DNA from: Polynucleobacter necessarius
GTDB taxonomy: Bacteria > Pseudomonadota > Gammaproteobacteria > Burkholderiales > Burkholderiaceae
Assembly: GCF_900095195.1 (NCBI RefSeq)
Contig: NZ_LT606950.1
Span: 606,164 to 638,163, forward strand
DNA: 32,000 nucleotides
Direction of reading: 5' to 3'
Both the position numbers and the translations under genes were made by a program. Shown here one piece after another: positions 18,973 through 29,890 of this stretch. Numbering within the stretch: the stretch's first letter is position 1; each line of letters begins with the position of its first letter. Below the pieces are notes generated by a model. It saw only the letters and a list, made by a program, of their open reading frames with translations, was not told the origin of the DNA and did no database searches.

Positions 18973-20170
18973 CTAGATCACTCCTTTGTGCCGAAGTTTG
19001 GCGATGGCAGATGCATCGAGATGAAGATCGTCTTGCAAGACTTCATCAGTATGTTGGCCTAGAGTGGGGGTGCCATCCGAACTTCTGTTGGTGTTTTGGA
19101 GAGTCGCATGGGACTGGCAACCAACTTCATGGTGCCGACTGTTGGGTGGGCACATCAATTTGCACATTTCTGGCAATCACCTGCTCATTCTTCTTGCGCG
19201 TCATTACTTCAAGCAAGGGAATGAGTTGTTTACGGTGCATGACGCGATCAGGATTAGTCAAGAAGCGCGCATCATCCGCGAGTTGAGGTTCTCCGCCTGC
19301 AGTAACAAAGTGGCGAAACTGGCTATCGTTGCCTGAGGCTACGATCATCCAACCATCCGATGTGGGAAATGTTTGGTAAGGAACAATAATGGGCGAAGCA
19401 TTGCCCCAGCGACGAGGCACCTCTCCTGAGCATAAATACGCGCTGGAGACGTTGGCCATCACGGCGATTTGAGTGTCTAGCAAAGACATGTCAATGTATT
19501 GACCCTCACCTGTCTGATCACGATGAATCACCGCAGCGAAAATGGCAGTCGAGGCCTACATTCCCGTGAAGATATCGGCAATCGCAACCCCAGATTTTTG
19601 TGGGCTGGCACCTTCGAAGTCATCTGCTTCTCCGGTCACACTCATGAAGCCGCCTATGCCTTGAATAATGAAATCGTAACCAGGGCGATGTGCGTAGGGG
19701 CCCGTTTGCCCAAATCCCGTGATTGAGCAGTAAATTAAATCGGGCTTAACCTTTTTCAGGTTTTCATAGTCAAGTCCATACTTGGCCAGATCACCGACTT
19801 TGTAATTTTCAATCATCACATCCGATTCGGCGGCCAATTGCCGAATAATGTCTTGATCCTCAGGTTTGCTGATGTCGACGGTAATCGAGCGTTTATTACG
19901 GTTAATGCAAATAAAGTAGGCGGATTCTTCAGTTTCCACGCCATCCCCATTCTTTGCAAACGGCGGACCCCAGTGGCGGGTATCGTCACCCGCACCGGGT
20001 CTTTCGACTTTAATCACATCTGCACCCAAATCGGCTAGGTTCTGGGCGCACCAGGGGCCAGCAAGTACTCGGCTAAGGTCTAAACACGAATATGACTTAA
20101 GGCTCCCATGCCCCAATTTTGGCATGGATGGCAGGGGATTACAGGAAAATCCTTGGCACACCTCAGACAT
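18973..20170 (-). pseudogene. family III CoA-transferase (CaiB/BaiF type), nonsense plus frameshifts
   Basis: LDLSRVLAGPWCAQNLADLGADVIKVERPGAGDDTRHWGPPF...DIFTGM, then TAG at 19556-19558 where family members have Tyr, then ASTAIFAAVIHRDQTGEGQYIDMSLLD. Later pieces KLVASPMRLSKTPTEVRMAPP and LGQHTDEVL..LRHKGVI* are in different frames. Confidence 0.85.
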
Positions 20171-20187
20171 GACTACAATTTCCGCGC

Positions 20188-22176
20188 ATGGCTACCCGTA
20201 AAACTTCTGAATACAGCGAATCGTCGATTCAGGTCCTCAAAGGACTGGAGCCAGTCCGCCAGCGGCCTGGTATGTACACCCGAACCGATAACCCATTGCA
20301 CATCATCCAAGAAGTCTTGGATAACGCCTCCGATGAAGCCTTAGGTGGTTACGGCAAGCAAATTATTGTCACCTTGCATACCGATGGTAGTGTTAGCATC
20401 GAAGATGATGGTCGTGGCATTCCAGTGGGAATGCATCCCACCGAAAAATTACCCGCAGTTGAAATCGTATTCACACAATTGCATGCTGGTGGCAAATTTG
20501 AGAAGGGCACCGGCGGTGCTTATGCATTCTCAGGCGGTTTGCATGGCGTTGGTGTATCTGTTACGAATGCGCTATCGAAACGCTTAGAAGTGACGGTTTG
20601 GAGAGATAGCCAAGTGTCAACCTTGACATTTGCCGATGGCAAGGTCATTGAAAAACTGAAGTCGAAACCTTCTTCCAAAGAAGATAAATCGCATGGTACG
20701 CGAGTGCGTGCATGGCCCGATGGCAAATACTTTGATAGTTCGGCCATTCCTATGGCCGATCTCATTCGCCTATTACGTTCTAAGGCAGTGCTGTTGCCTG
20801 GCGTCAAAGTCACTCTGATTCAAGAAAAGAGTGGAGATACCCAGACATGGCAATACGCCCAGGGCCTACGTGGCTACCTCAATGAAGCCATCGCTCAGGC
20901 GGGTCATGGCGCAGAGGTGATTCCGCCATTTGAAGGGGAACAACATGCTACTGGCGCAGGCGAAGATGATGCGTTTGCTGAAGGCGAAGGCGCGGCTTGG
21001 GTGGTAAGCTGGACAGAAGATGGTGTTCCTGTGCGTGAGAGTTATGTGAACCTCATCCCGACGCCCGCTGGTGGAACGCATGAGAGTGGTTTGCGTGAAG
21101 GCCTCTTTAATGCAGTTAAAGGCTTTATCGAAATGCATGCATTACAACCTAAGGGTGTGAAACTCATGCCTGAAGACGTCTTTGCTCGTGCTTCATTTAT
21201 TTTGTCCGCTAAGGTATTGGATCCCCAATTTCAAGGACAGATTAAAGAACGTCTTAATTCACGTGATGCAGTTCGTTTAGTTTCCGGCTATGCAAAATCG
21301 GCCCTAGAGCTTTGGCTCAATCAGCACGTTGACTATGGTCGTAAGCTTGCTGATCTCGTCATTAAACAGGCACAAGCTAGAACACGTGCAGGACAAAAAG
21401 TTGAAAAGAAAAAATCCTCCGGCGTGGCGGTTTTGCCCGGAAAACTCACTGATTGCGAAAGCGAAGATATTGCGCAGAATGAAATTTTCTTGGTTGAGGG
21501 CGATTCTGCCGGTGGCTCAGCCAAAATGGGACGCAACAAAGAATATCAGGCAATCCTGCCTTTGCGCGGCAAGGTCCTGAATACTTGGGAAACAGAACGC
21601 GATCGCTTGTTTGCGAACAATGAAGTGCATGACATTGCTGTCGCCATTGGCGTGGATCCGCATGGACCGAATGATGATCCTGATTTATCCAATCTTCGAT
21701 ACGGTAAGGTTTGCATTCTTTCGGATGCGGACGTTGATGGTGCCCACATACAGGTGCTGTTGCTAACGTTGTTCTATAAGCATTTCCCGAAATTAATCGA
21801 GTTAGGCCATGTGCACATCTCTAGGCCGCCTTTGTTTAGGGTTGACGCACCTGCGCGAGGTAAAAAGCCCGCCCAAAAAATTTACGCCTTGAATGCGAGT
21901 GAGTTGCAAGCGATTGAAGATAAATTGCGTAAAGACGGTTTAAAAGAATCCGCCTGGCAAATCTCCCGCTTTAAGGGGTTGGGTGAGATGAGTGCAGAGC
22001 AGTTGTGGGATACAACATTAAATCCCGATACTCGTCGCTTACTACCGGTTACTTTGGGCTCCTGGACCGAAGATGAAACCTTTAAAACGATGGATATGCT
22101 GATGGGTAAATCGGAGTCCGGTGCTCGTCGTGACTGGCTAGAAGAGCGCGGCAATGAAGTTGAGGCAGATATTTAA
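20188..22176 (+). CDS. parE: DNA topoisomerase IV subunit B
   Basis: Intact 662-aa ORF: [23 protein letters not shown] ATPase motifs, [34 protein letters not shown]. Its length, and its adjacency to and 1-nt overlap with parC (TAATG), favour ParE over GyrB. Confidence 0.9.
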   Translation: MATRKTSEYSESSIQVLKGLEPVRQRPGMYTRTDNPLHIIQEVLDNASDEALGGYGKQIIVTLHTDGSVSIEDDGRGIPVGMHPTEKLPAVEIVFTQLHAGGKFEKGTGGAYAFSGGLHGVGVSVTNALSKRLEVTVWRDSQVSTLTFADGKVIEKLKSKPSSKEDKSHGTRVRAWPDGKYFDSSAIPMADLIRLLRSKAVLLPGVKVTLIQEKSGDTQTWQYAQGLRGYLNEAIAQAGHGAEVIPPFEGEQHATGAGEDDAFAEGEGAAWVVSWTEDGVPVRESYVNLIPTPAGGTHESGLREGLFNAVKGFIEMHALQPKGVKLMPEDVFARASFILSAKVLDPQFQGQIKERLNSRDAVRLVSGYAKSALELWLNQHVDYGRKLADLVIKQAQARTRAGQKVEKKKSSGVAVLPGKLTDCESEDIAQNEIFLVEGDSAGGSAKMGRNKEYQAILPLRGKVLNTWETERDRLFANNEVHDIAVAIGVDPHGPNDDPDLSNLRYGKVCILSDADVDGAHIQVLLLTLFYKHFPKLIELGHVHISRPPLFRVDAPARGKKPAQKIYALNASELQAIEDKLRKDGLKESAWQISRFKGLGEMSAEQLWDTTLNPDTRRLLPVTLGSWTEDETFKTMDMLMGKSESGARRDWLEERGNEVEADI

Positions 22177-24641
22177 TGGCAACGAGAAAAACACCAACCA
22201 AAAAACCTATTGCTGAGCAAACAGACTTGTTTGCGTCGACCGTCGACGAAATCGAGATCACTGAGGTTTCGGAGACGCCGGAATTAAAGGCTGGTAATGC
22301 ATCGAACGGGGCAAACGGTCCTCGCGATCCACATGATCCAAAAACGCTGGATCTGAACGAAGATAACAAAGACAGTTTGACCTTGGCGATATATGCTGAG
22401 CGCGCCTATTTGGACTATGCGATCAGCGTCGTCAAAGGTAGAGCACTACCTGAAGTGGCGGATGACCAAAAACCAGTGCAACGTCGCATTCTGTTCTCGA
22501 TGAATGAAATGGGTCTACGAGCTGATGCCAAACCGGTAAAGAGTGCTCGAGTAGTCGGCGATGTATTGGGAAAATTTCATCCCCATGGCGATCAATCGGC
22601 TTACGATGCTTTAGTGCGTTTGGCGCAGGGATTTTCGCTGCGCTATCCATTAATTGACGGGCAGGGAAACTTTGGCTCGCGAGATGGCGATGGCGCAGCG
22701 GCCATGCGCTATACCGAAGCGCGCCTAACCAAAATTGCAGGTTTGTTACTAAGCGAAATTGATGAGGGTACCGTCGATTTTGCTCCGAACTACGACGGCT
22801 CCTTCCAGGAACCTAAATTATTGCCTGCGCGCTTACCCTTTGTGTTGCTCAATGGCGCATCTGGAATCGCAGTGGGTATGGCCACTGAGATACCTTCGCA
22901 TAACCTTCGTGAAGTAGGTAATGCGGCGATTGCTTTAATGAAGTCTCCAAAACTAACGACGGCTGAGTTACTGGAGATCATGCCTGGCCCAGATTACCCA
23001 GGTGGCGGACAGATTATTTCTTCAGCACCAGAAATTGCCCAAATCTATGAAACCGGTCGTGGAAGTGTAAAGGTGCGTGCCCGTTGGTCTATCGAGGAAT
23101 TGGCTCGCGGCCAGTGGCAAGTCGTCGTCAATGAATTACCTCCATCGGCATCCTCTCAGCGAGTCTTGCAAGAGATTGAGGAGTTAACGAATCCAAAGGT
23201 GAAGGTCGGCAAGAAAACCCTAACACCTGAGCAAAATAATCTCAAATCCACCATCCTGAATGTGCTTGATGGAGTGCGAGATGAGTCTAGTAAGGATGCG
23301 CCAGTACGTTTGGTGTTTGAGCCCAAGAGTAAAAATATCGATGTCAATGAGTTCATCAATTTATTGTTGGCGCATACCTCACTTGAATCCAATGCGCCGA
23401 TGAACTTGGTGATGATTGGTAATGATGGGCGCCCACGTCAAAAAGGTCTCAAAGACATTATTGCTGAGTGGATTGCGTTCCGCGTCACCACAGTGACTCG
23501 TCGCACACAGTTCCGTTTAGGAAAAGTGAAAGATCGGATGCATATCTTGGAAGGGCGCTTAACCGTTCTTCTCAATATCGATAATGTGATAAAGATCATC
23601 CGTAACAGTGATGAACCTACGGCGGATTTAATTAAAGAGTTCAAGTTGACCGACCGCCAAGCCGAAGACATCTTGGATATTCGTTTACGTCAGTTGGCCC
23701 GTCTAGAAGGTATCAAGATTGAGCAAGAGCTTAAAGAGTTGAAATCTGAACGGGATGACCTTGAGGGCTTACTCCAAAGTGATACTGTCTTACGTAAGCG
23801 CATCATCAAAGAAATCGAAGCGGATGTGAAAGATTTTGGTGATGATCGTCGCACCTTAATACAAGAAGACAAGCGCGCAGTTGCCGAGACCAAAGTCATT
23901 GATGAGCCAGTCACGGTGATCGTTTCTCAAAAGGGTTGGGTGCGTGTAAGGCAAGGTCATGAGCATGATCCAACGCAATTTAGCTTCAAGGCGGGCGACT
24001 CGTTATATGCAACGTTTGAAGTTCGCACTGTAGACGTGATGCAGGGCTTTGGTAGTGATGGTCGCGTATATACGGTACCCGTGAGTGAATTGCCTGGGGC
24101 ACGTGGCGATGGATCGCCATTGACGAGTTTTGTGAACTTGGCGGCTGGATCGCAAATGGTTGCCTACTACGCCGGTCAGCCAGATGATTTGGTGTTGCTA
24201 TCGACTAGAGCGGGTTATGGCTTCTTGGCGAATGTTGCGGATATGAGTACCCGCAATAAGGCTGGAAAGTCTTTTATTACGATTGACGCCAAGGTTCCAG
24301 GTGACGCACCACTTGATGCCACCAAGGTTGAAGTCGGTATGAAGCAGGTTGCGTGTTTATCGCAAGCATCAAAGTTATTAGTATTCCCATTAGACGAGCT
24401 AAAACGTTTGCCGACTGGCGGTAAGGGCGTGATATTAATGGGATTGGATGACAAAGAATTTATGGCATCCGCGATTGCAGTGGGTCCCAATGGGGCAATC
24501 TATTCAGGCGCTGGTAGAGCGGGCAAACCGACAGAACTAAGTTTTGATGCCAAAACCTTAAAGTCGTTTGCTGGAAATCGTGCTCGTAAAGGCCACTTCG
24601 TCGAGCCACGTCTTAAAGACGGCAAGCTCAAGGCAAATTGA
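22176..24641 (+). CDS. parC: DNA topoisomerase IV subunit A
   Basis: Intact 821-aa ORF: [43 protein letters not shown] (catalytic Tyr) and [18 protein letters not shown]. It has a ~70-aa low-complexity N-terminal extension. Confidence 0.9.
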   Translation: MATRKTPTKKPIAEQTDLFASTVDEIEITEVSETPELKAGNASNGANGPRDPHDPKTLDLNEDNKDSLTLAIYAERAYLDYAISVVKGRALPEVADDQKPVQRRILFSMNEMGLRADAKPVKSARVVGDVLGKFHPHGDQSAYDALVRLAQGFSLRYPLIDGQGNFGSRDGDGAAAMRYTEARLTKIAGLLLSEIDEGTVDFAPNYDGSFQEPKLLPARLPFVLLNGASGIAVGMATEIPSHNLREVGNAAIALMKSPKLTTAELLEIMPGPDYPGGGQIISSAPEIAQIYETGRGSVKVRARWSIEELARGQWQVVVNELPPSASSQRVLQEIEELTNPKVKVGKKTLTPEQNNLKSTILNVLDGVRDESSKDAPVRLVFEPKSKNIDVNEFINLLLAHTSLESNAPMNLVMIGNDGRPRQKGLKDIIAEWIAFRVTTVTRRTQFRLGKVKDRMHILEGRLTVLLNIDNVIKIIRNSDEPTADLIKEFKLTDRQAEDILDIRLRQLARLEGIKIEQELKELKSERDDLEGLLQSDTVLRKRIIKEIEADVKDFGDDRRTLIQEDKRAVAETKVIDEPVTVIVSQKGWVRVRQGHEHDPTQFSFKAGDSLYATFEVRTVDVMQGFGSDGRVYTVPVSELPGARGDGSPLTSFVNLAAGSQMVAYYAGQPDDLVLLSTRAGYGFLANVADMSTRNKAGKSFITIDAKVPGDAPLDATKVEVGMKQVACLSQASKLLVFPLDELKRLPTGGKGVILMGLDDKEFMASAIAVGPNGAIYSGAGRAGKPTELSFDAKTLKSFAGNRARKGHFVEPRLKDGKLKAN

Positions 24642-24645
24642 TTAA

Positions 24646-25489
24646 TTAGGTTTTCTGAGGTACGGGAATGCCGTACTTCACAGCAATCACTTCCGCCAGG
24701 ATCGATACCGCAATTTCGGGTGGGGTGAGAGCGCCGAGTACAGACCTACGGGCCCATGCAGGCGTTCCACTTGCTCTTGGTTGAGATCAAACTCCAGTAA
24801 TCGCTCTTTACGTTTTTGCGTATTTTTACGACTGCCGAGTGCACCGACATAAAAAGCAGGGGACTTTAATGCTTCCATCAACGCCATATCGTCTAACTTG
24901 GGGTCATGAGTCAGCGCTACGACTGCGGTATGAGATCGACCCCGATTTCGAGCAAGACATCATCAGGCATGCCTTTGATAAAAGTGACGTCCTGTCGATC
25001 TAATCCTTCAGCATATTCATCGCGAGGATCAATGACGATGACTTCAAAATCCGAAGCTAGCGCAAAATCAGCGGTGTACAGCGAAAGTTGACCGGCGCCA
25101 ATAATAACCATACGCCAACGAGGACCATACGTTGTTCGCATTTCGGTATCGGTGCAGAGAAATTCATCCAGCCGTGTACCGGAATCTAAAGTGGATCTAC
25201 CGGAAGTCAGGCCAAACCGGGCTGCTTCTTCCTGACTCACTCCATACACCACCATTTCAGGGGTAGAGCGCGTTAAGATCTCCGTTTGAACGCGACTAAT
25301 GAGATCGTCTTCAACGCAGCCGCCAGATACCGAGCCGGCTACTTGCCCATCCTGACGAATAGCAAGCCAGGAACCAACTGGTCTGGGAGCGGAGCCCCAG
25401 GTCTGAACGATCGTAGCGATTGCTACAGGGTGTCCAGCCTGTAGCCAACTCACTGCGGATTTAAGAACGCTTAAGTCAGTACTATTCAT
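24646..25489 (-). pseudogene. XdhC/CoxI-family molybdoenzyme maturation factor, frameshifted
   Basis: MNSTDLSVLKSAVSWLQAGHPVAIATIVQTWGSAPRPVGS...VIIGAGQLS..., shift near 24920, HTAVVALTHDPKLDDMALMEALKSPAFYVGALGSRKN...LHGPVGL, shift near 24745, IGALTPPEIAVSILAEVIAVKYGIPVPQKT*. Confidence 0.8.
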
Positions 25490-25538
25490 TGAAGTCGTAA
25501 TTCATCTATTTTTAAGATTCTTATTTATTATCACCCTA

Positions 25539-25870
25539 ATGAGTGCATCGCGTACTTCTACTATGTCTGACTTGCTAAATCCAAAGTCTAAGATCGCCGT
25601 GGTTCTATTGGCTGCTGGTGAGGGTATCCGTATGGGGTCAATTCCAAAAGCGTTACTGCGCAGAGGAGAGAGAACGCTCCTGGAATCCTTCTGCATCGAA
25701 CTAAGCTCGCTCGAGCCCAAAGAAATATTGGTACCTGTCGAGCTTATCTGGATCTTCATCCAGAGCTTGTGAAAACCTATGTTTCTAATCACAGACCATT
25801 TGTCGAAGGCGTTGATGCCCTAGAAGATATTGCGAAATGGAATGCTCGGCAGTACTTAGATCTCTGCAAT
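25539..25870 (+). pseudogene. MobA/MocA-like nucleotidyltransferase remnant with internal deletion
   Basis: The N-terminus KIAVVLLAAGEGIRMGSIPKALLRRGERTLLE is typical of MobA-like NTP transferases. After ~70 codons the frame breaks, and a short coding-looking tail (..HPELVKTYVSNHRPFVEGVDALEDIAKWNARQY) follows. Most of the ~200-aa fold is missing. Confidence 0.55.
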
Positions 25871-26314
25871 TAATTCGATTTCAACGCAGGCTCCAAGTGG
25901 AATTTGGGCTACACCAAAAGCGCTACGTGCATGTTTTCCAGCTTCACCAAAGACTTCAAATAGCAATTCAGAGCAACTGTTAATGACGAGATGCTGTTCA
26001 GCATATTCACTGGTGGAATTTACCAAGCCCATCACTTTGACAATGCGCTTGATTTTGTCTAGTGAGCCTAAATGATGTTGAAGCGTTGCAATCAAATCAA
26101 TGGTAATGGAACGCGCAGCTGCTTTGCCAGTTTCGGTATCCATATTCTGACCAAGCTTACCGACCCATGGTTTCCCGTCACGCTTGGCAATGTGCCCTGA
26201 GACAAAAACGGTGTTACCCGTAGTGGCGGCCATGACGTATGCAGCTGCTGGAGGTCCTGGCGGAGGTAAATCAATGCCAAGTGTTTTTAGGCGGCTATCA
26301 ATGGTGCTCATCAT
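25856..26314 (-). CDS. RidA/YjgF family protein
   Basis: Intact 152-aa ORF with family-typical blocks GNTVFVSGHIA, KVMGLVNS and ARSAFGVAQIPLGACVEIELIAEI. Confidence 0.85.
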   Translation of the reverse strand: MMSTIDSRLKTLGIDLPPPGPPAAAYVMAATTGNTVFVSGHIAKRDGKPWVGKLGQNMDTETGKAAARSITIDLIATLQHHLGSLDKIKRIVKVMGLVNSTSEYAEQHLVINSCSELLFEVFGEAGKHARSAFGVAQIPLGACVEIELIAEI

Positions 26315-26373
26315 GGTCTCTCAATCGTTGTCATGGGTTTGAAATTTGAATGAATCTAAATCTTACTGGCAAA

Positions 26374-27522
26374 TTACTTGGATAACTGGCGCATCGCACT
26401 TTCCAGTCCATTCAGGGTTACGGGATACATACGGTCTTTCATTAAATTTCGCATAATGTCGATGGACTGGCGGTATTGCCAGATGGATTCAGGCTCGGGG
26501 TTGAGCCATGCAAAGTGTGGGAAGTGATCTAGGAGGCTGTTGATCCATATCGCGCCTGCCTCTCTATTGTTGTATTCCACCGAACCATTTGGACTCAGAA
26601 TTTCATAAGGGGACATGGTGGCATCGTCTACAAAAATCAGTTTATAGTCGGACCATATTTGTTGATCACTTCTTGGGTTGGCGTGACTTGGTCTCTGCGA
26701 CGGCGATTGCTTTGCCATAGATTGTCATAAACGCAGTGATGAAAATAATAGTACTCAAGGTGCTTAAATTCTGCTTTGGCAGCAGAAAATAATTCACCAA
26801 TTTGTTTGATGTGATCGTCCATCGACCCGCCGACATCCATTAAGAGGAGTACCTTGACTTGATTGTGGCGCTCAGGACGCATCTGAATATCCAGCATCCC
26901 TGCATTGGCTGCGGTTGACTGGATGGTTTTATCCAAATCCAACTCTAGTGTGGAGCCTTCACGGGCAAAACGACGCAGCCGACGCAGGGCAACTTTAATA
27001 TTGCGTGTGCCTAGGGCGAGATGGCTGTCGTAATCTTTAAATTCGCGGGCTTCCCATACTTTGATTGCGGTACGATTCCCCGCGCTTTCTCCGCCAATCC
27101 GAATGCCTTCAGGATGGTAGCCGCCGGCCCCAATCCATTTGTTTCCACCACCATGCCATTCCTTTTGCTCTTTGAGTAATTCTTCTAAGCGTTTTTTAAG
27201 GGCCTCAGGCCCGCCTAATTTTTGGAGCGCCGCTTTTTCTTCATCTGTTAAAATCCGTTGCAGTTTCTTCTCTAGCCATTCCGATGGAATATCTGGTGAA
27301 ATGGCGATGATTTGTTCTACACCATTGAAATAGCTATCAAACACTTGGTCAAAGCGATCAAAGTGCTGCTCATCTTTGACTAAGCTCATTCGAGAGAGTT
27401 GGTAAAACTCATCAATAGATGGGTGAATGACGCCAGATTTCAAGGCTTCTAGCAGAGTAAAAACTCTCTGACAGAGACTGCACTTTGGCCTCTTTCAGCT
27501 GCAGAAAGAATTGAATCAGCAT
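26374..27522 (-). pseudogene. vWA domain protein, CoxE-like, frameshifted
   Basis: MLIQFFLQLKEAKVQSLSE, shift near 27470, TLLEALKSGVIHPSIDEFYQLSRMSLVKDEQHFDRFDQVF...LLLMDVGGSMD (MIDAS-type)...NKYGP, shift near 26650, DYKLIFVDDATMSPYEI... Confidence 0.8.
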
Positions 27523-27547
27523 GGTATGGATTGCAAAAAAGAATGCG

Positions 27548-28427
27548 CTAACGATGATTGCGATTCATCATCACAAGACGTTCAAATAAATGAATGTCTT
27601 GTTCATTCTTAAGAAGGGCGCCATGCAATGGCGGCACCACAATCTTGTCATCATCACTAAACAATACCTCTGGAGGGATGTCTTCTGCTAATAGCAGATT
27701 GAGCCAATCAATCAGTTCGGACGTGGACGGCTTTTTCTTCAGTCCAGGCAGGGCGCGGATCTGGTAGAAGGCTTTTAGGGCTGATTTCAAAAGATCTTGT
27801 TTGATATTGGGGTGATGGACATCCACGATGCTTTGCATGGTTTGCGCATCCGGGAAAGTGATGTAGTGAAAGAAGCAGCGTCTTAAAAAGGCATCTGGCA
27901 ATTCTTTTTCATTATTTGAGGTGATGATGACTAGAGGGCGATGTTTTGCTTTGATTAACTCGCGCGTCTCATATACATAAAACTCCATACGATCAATTTC
28001 ACGCAAGAGGTCATTTGGAAATTCAATATCGGCTTTATCAATTTCATCAATTAGAAGGACGGTGGGTTGCTCTGCTTCGAATGCTTGCCAAGGGACGCCT
28101 TTCGCAATGTAGTTGCGAATATCCTTTACCTTTTCATCTCCCAATTGCGAATCGCGCAATCGACTAACTGCGTCATACTCATACAAGCCTTGCTGCGCTT
28201 TTGTGGTTGACTTAATGTGCCACTGTAATAAAGGCATATTGAGTGCTGCTGCCACTTCCTCAGCCAACATCGTTTTGCCAGTGCCGGGTTCACCTTTAAT
28301 GAGAAGGGGCCGCTGTAATGCCATGGCCGCATTGACTGCTAGCTTTAGGCATCGGTGGCGACATCACTTTGGCTGCCCTCAAAGCGACCTGAGGATTTTG
28401 ATGGGGAATTCGTTGCGAGCTTGGTCA
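27548..28427 (-). pseudogene. MoxR-type AAA ATPase, CoxD-like, single N-terminal frameshift
   Basis: ATG 28427 gives MTKLATNSPSKSSGRFEGSQSDVATD. There is a 1-nt shift near 28370, then LKLAVNAAMALQRPLLIKGEPGTGKTMLAEE (Walker A), LLIDEIDKA (Walker B) and an intact remainder to 27548. It could conceivably still be expressed from the internal Met as a truncated protein. Confidence 0.7.
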
Positions 28428-28599
28428 TGAATGGATTCTGAATATCGTATTTAGAGCTTTTAAGCATAGGTAAATGGACCTAATTTTTCAGTATTTCTAG
28501 TGATTTTGGCCTCTGAACGGCGCAGATCATGGAGAAGAGGGCATCAGTCCGCTATACTCTTATCAGTTGATCTAAATCAAACTCATAAAATCGATTCCT

Positions 28600-28965
28600 A
28601 TGAAGAAACTCTCCATTCTTTCACGCTTATTCGTCTGTGCTGGTCTGGCTTTTGCCGGATTTACTGCGCAGGCCGACGAAGTTAAAGGTAATTCGGCTGC
28701 AGGTAACGGCAAGGTTTGGCTCTGCGTAGGTTGCCATTCCATTCCAGACTACCGCGCTGATTACCCGCTCACCTACAGAGTGCCAATGTTGGGTGGTCAA
28801 AATGCCGCTTATATCGCCAGCGCATTAGCGGCGTATAAAAAAGGCGAGCGCAAGCATCCAACAATGCGTTTTATCGCCGCTAGTCTGTCTGATCAAGACA
28901 TGGCCGATATCGGCGAATACTATGCTGCGCAGACTGCCAGCTCACCAAATAACCAATTGAAGTGA
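28600..28965 (+). CDS. class I c-type cytochrome (mono-haem)
   Basis: 121-aa ORF with signal peptide MKKLSILSRLFVCAGLAFAGFTAQA, haem motif CVGCH and a distal Met candidate in HPTMRF. Confidence 0.8.
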   Translation: MKKLSILSRLFVCAGLAFAGFTAQADEVKGNSAAGNGKVWLCVGCHSIPDYRADYPLTYRVPMLGGQNAAYIASALAAYKKGERKHPTMRFIAASLSDQDMADIGEYYAAQTASSPNNQLK

Positions 28966-28978
28966 AAGAGGCACGTTC

Positions 28979-29350
28979 ATGAAATTTGCACTAATTACAG
29001 CGGCTTTGCTCTCAAGTCTTGGTTCGGCAAGTGTCGCCAATGCAGCAAGCATTGAAAAAGGACAGGCATTGGTCGAGAAGGGCAATTGCGCCTCTTGCCA
29101 TGGAGCTGGTTTAAACGCCCCAGTAGCTCCTGCATATCCAAAACTCGCTGGGCAACCAGCTGATTACTTGTATTACGCCTTGCGTGCATATCAAGTTGGC
29201 GGCTCCAACCCAAACTTTGGGCGAGTAAATGCCATCATGGTATCTCAGGTTCAAGGAACGCCAGACGTCAAGGCGTATTCTCAACAAGACCTACAAGACA
29301 TGGCGGCGTATATTGCGTCTCTGCCAGGCACCATGGTGATCAAGAAATAA
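28979..29350 (+). CDS. class I c-type cytochrome (mono-haem), paralogue of the preceding gene
   Basis: 123-aa ORF with signal peptide ending SVANA, haem motif CASCH and a shared YPKLAGQ..Y...L..Y block. Confidence 0.8.
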   Translation: MKFALITAALLSSLGSASVANAASIEKGQALVEKGNCASCHGAGLNAPVAPAYPKLAGQPADYLYYALRAYQVGGSNPNFGRVNAIMVSQVQGTPDVKAYSQQDLQDMAAYIASLPGTMVIKK

Positions 29351-29378
29351 ACCTACCCCGGGTCTGTACAGTAGAACA

Positions 29379-29407
29379 AAAGGCTTAGGATATTCTTCTA
29401 AGCCTTT
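29379..29407. terminator. bidirectional rho-independent terminator candidate
   Basis: aaaggcttag - gatattctt - ctaagccttt forms a 10-bp perfect stem, followed by tgttattt. It lies between the convergent cytochrome c and GntR genes. Confidence 0.6.
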
Positions 29408-29429
29408 GTTATTTATAAATATTTTGAAT

Positions 29430-29890
29430 TTATTTAAGCGCTTCTAGCCCTCTGGCCAAGTGCTTTCTCATGGCAGATTCTGCCCCTGTTGCGTCACACT
29501 TCAATAGTGCGTTGAGAATCGCTCGATGCTCAATTAGGGAGTTCTGCAGCCTACCCGTGCTCATGAGCAAATCCTTGCGGTGAAGCTTTAACACCTTTCT
29601 TAGGTCTGCAATCACACCATTCATCCAGCGGTTTCCGGCAATTTCTTGGATTAACTCATGGAATTTTCCATTTATTTCAAAAAATTGCTCAATATCGCGA
29701 TCGGCAGCCGCCTTTTCGAGGCGATGGTGCCAGTAATCCAATTGGTTTAGCTCATCTTCAGTGGCTTTAAGCGCTGTTTCACGGGCAGCTTCACCCTCCA
29801 GGAGGGATAGAACCGTAAAGATTTGCTCCAAATCCTTTTTGGCTACTTCTGTGACATAGGCCCCGCGACGCATCTTGATGGTTACGAGCC
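29430..29890 (-). pseudogene. GntR-family regulator (FCD domain), 5'-truncated
   Basis: Only the tail of the wHTH survives (LVTIKMRRGAYVTEV), followed by a full FCD-like domain (LEGEAARE...FHELIQEIAGNRW...IEHRAILNAL). The N-terminal recognition helix region is replaced by sequence that codes on the other strand. Confidence 0.75.

Noticed and set aside
20188-22193. parE and parC both begin with the peptide MATRKT, hinting at a duplicated leader or a repeat.
   Set aside because: The nucleotide sequences differ (atggctacccgtaaaact versus atggcaacgagaaaaaca) and similarity ends after six residues. I treat it as coincidence.
20520-24490. Numerous 60-100 aa ORFs antisense to parE/parC in the track (for example 20520-20813, 21882-22154, 23156-23392, 24215-24490).
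   Set aside because: They lie entirely within strongly supported genes on the opposite strand, have no recognisable motifs, and are typical shadow ORFs.
24660-24676. Hairpin gtacgg-gaatg-ccgtac just after parC as a transcription terminator.
   Set aside because: It has only a 6-bp stem and no following T run, and it lies within the reconstructed C-terminal coding sequence of the convergent XdhC pseudogene.
25502-25792. 96-aa minus-strand ORF between XdhC and RidA.
   Set aside because: It is antisense to the MobA/MocA-like N-terminal fragment, whose LLAAGEGIRMG motif gives the plus strand the better support.
28365-28375. Programmed ribosomal frameshift in the MoxR-like gene, which has a single clean frameshift and is otherwise intact.
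   Set aside because: There is no slippery heptamer or downstream structure at the shift site (accgatgcctaaagc). A simple 1-nt deletion is more likely.
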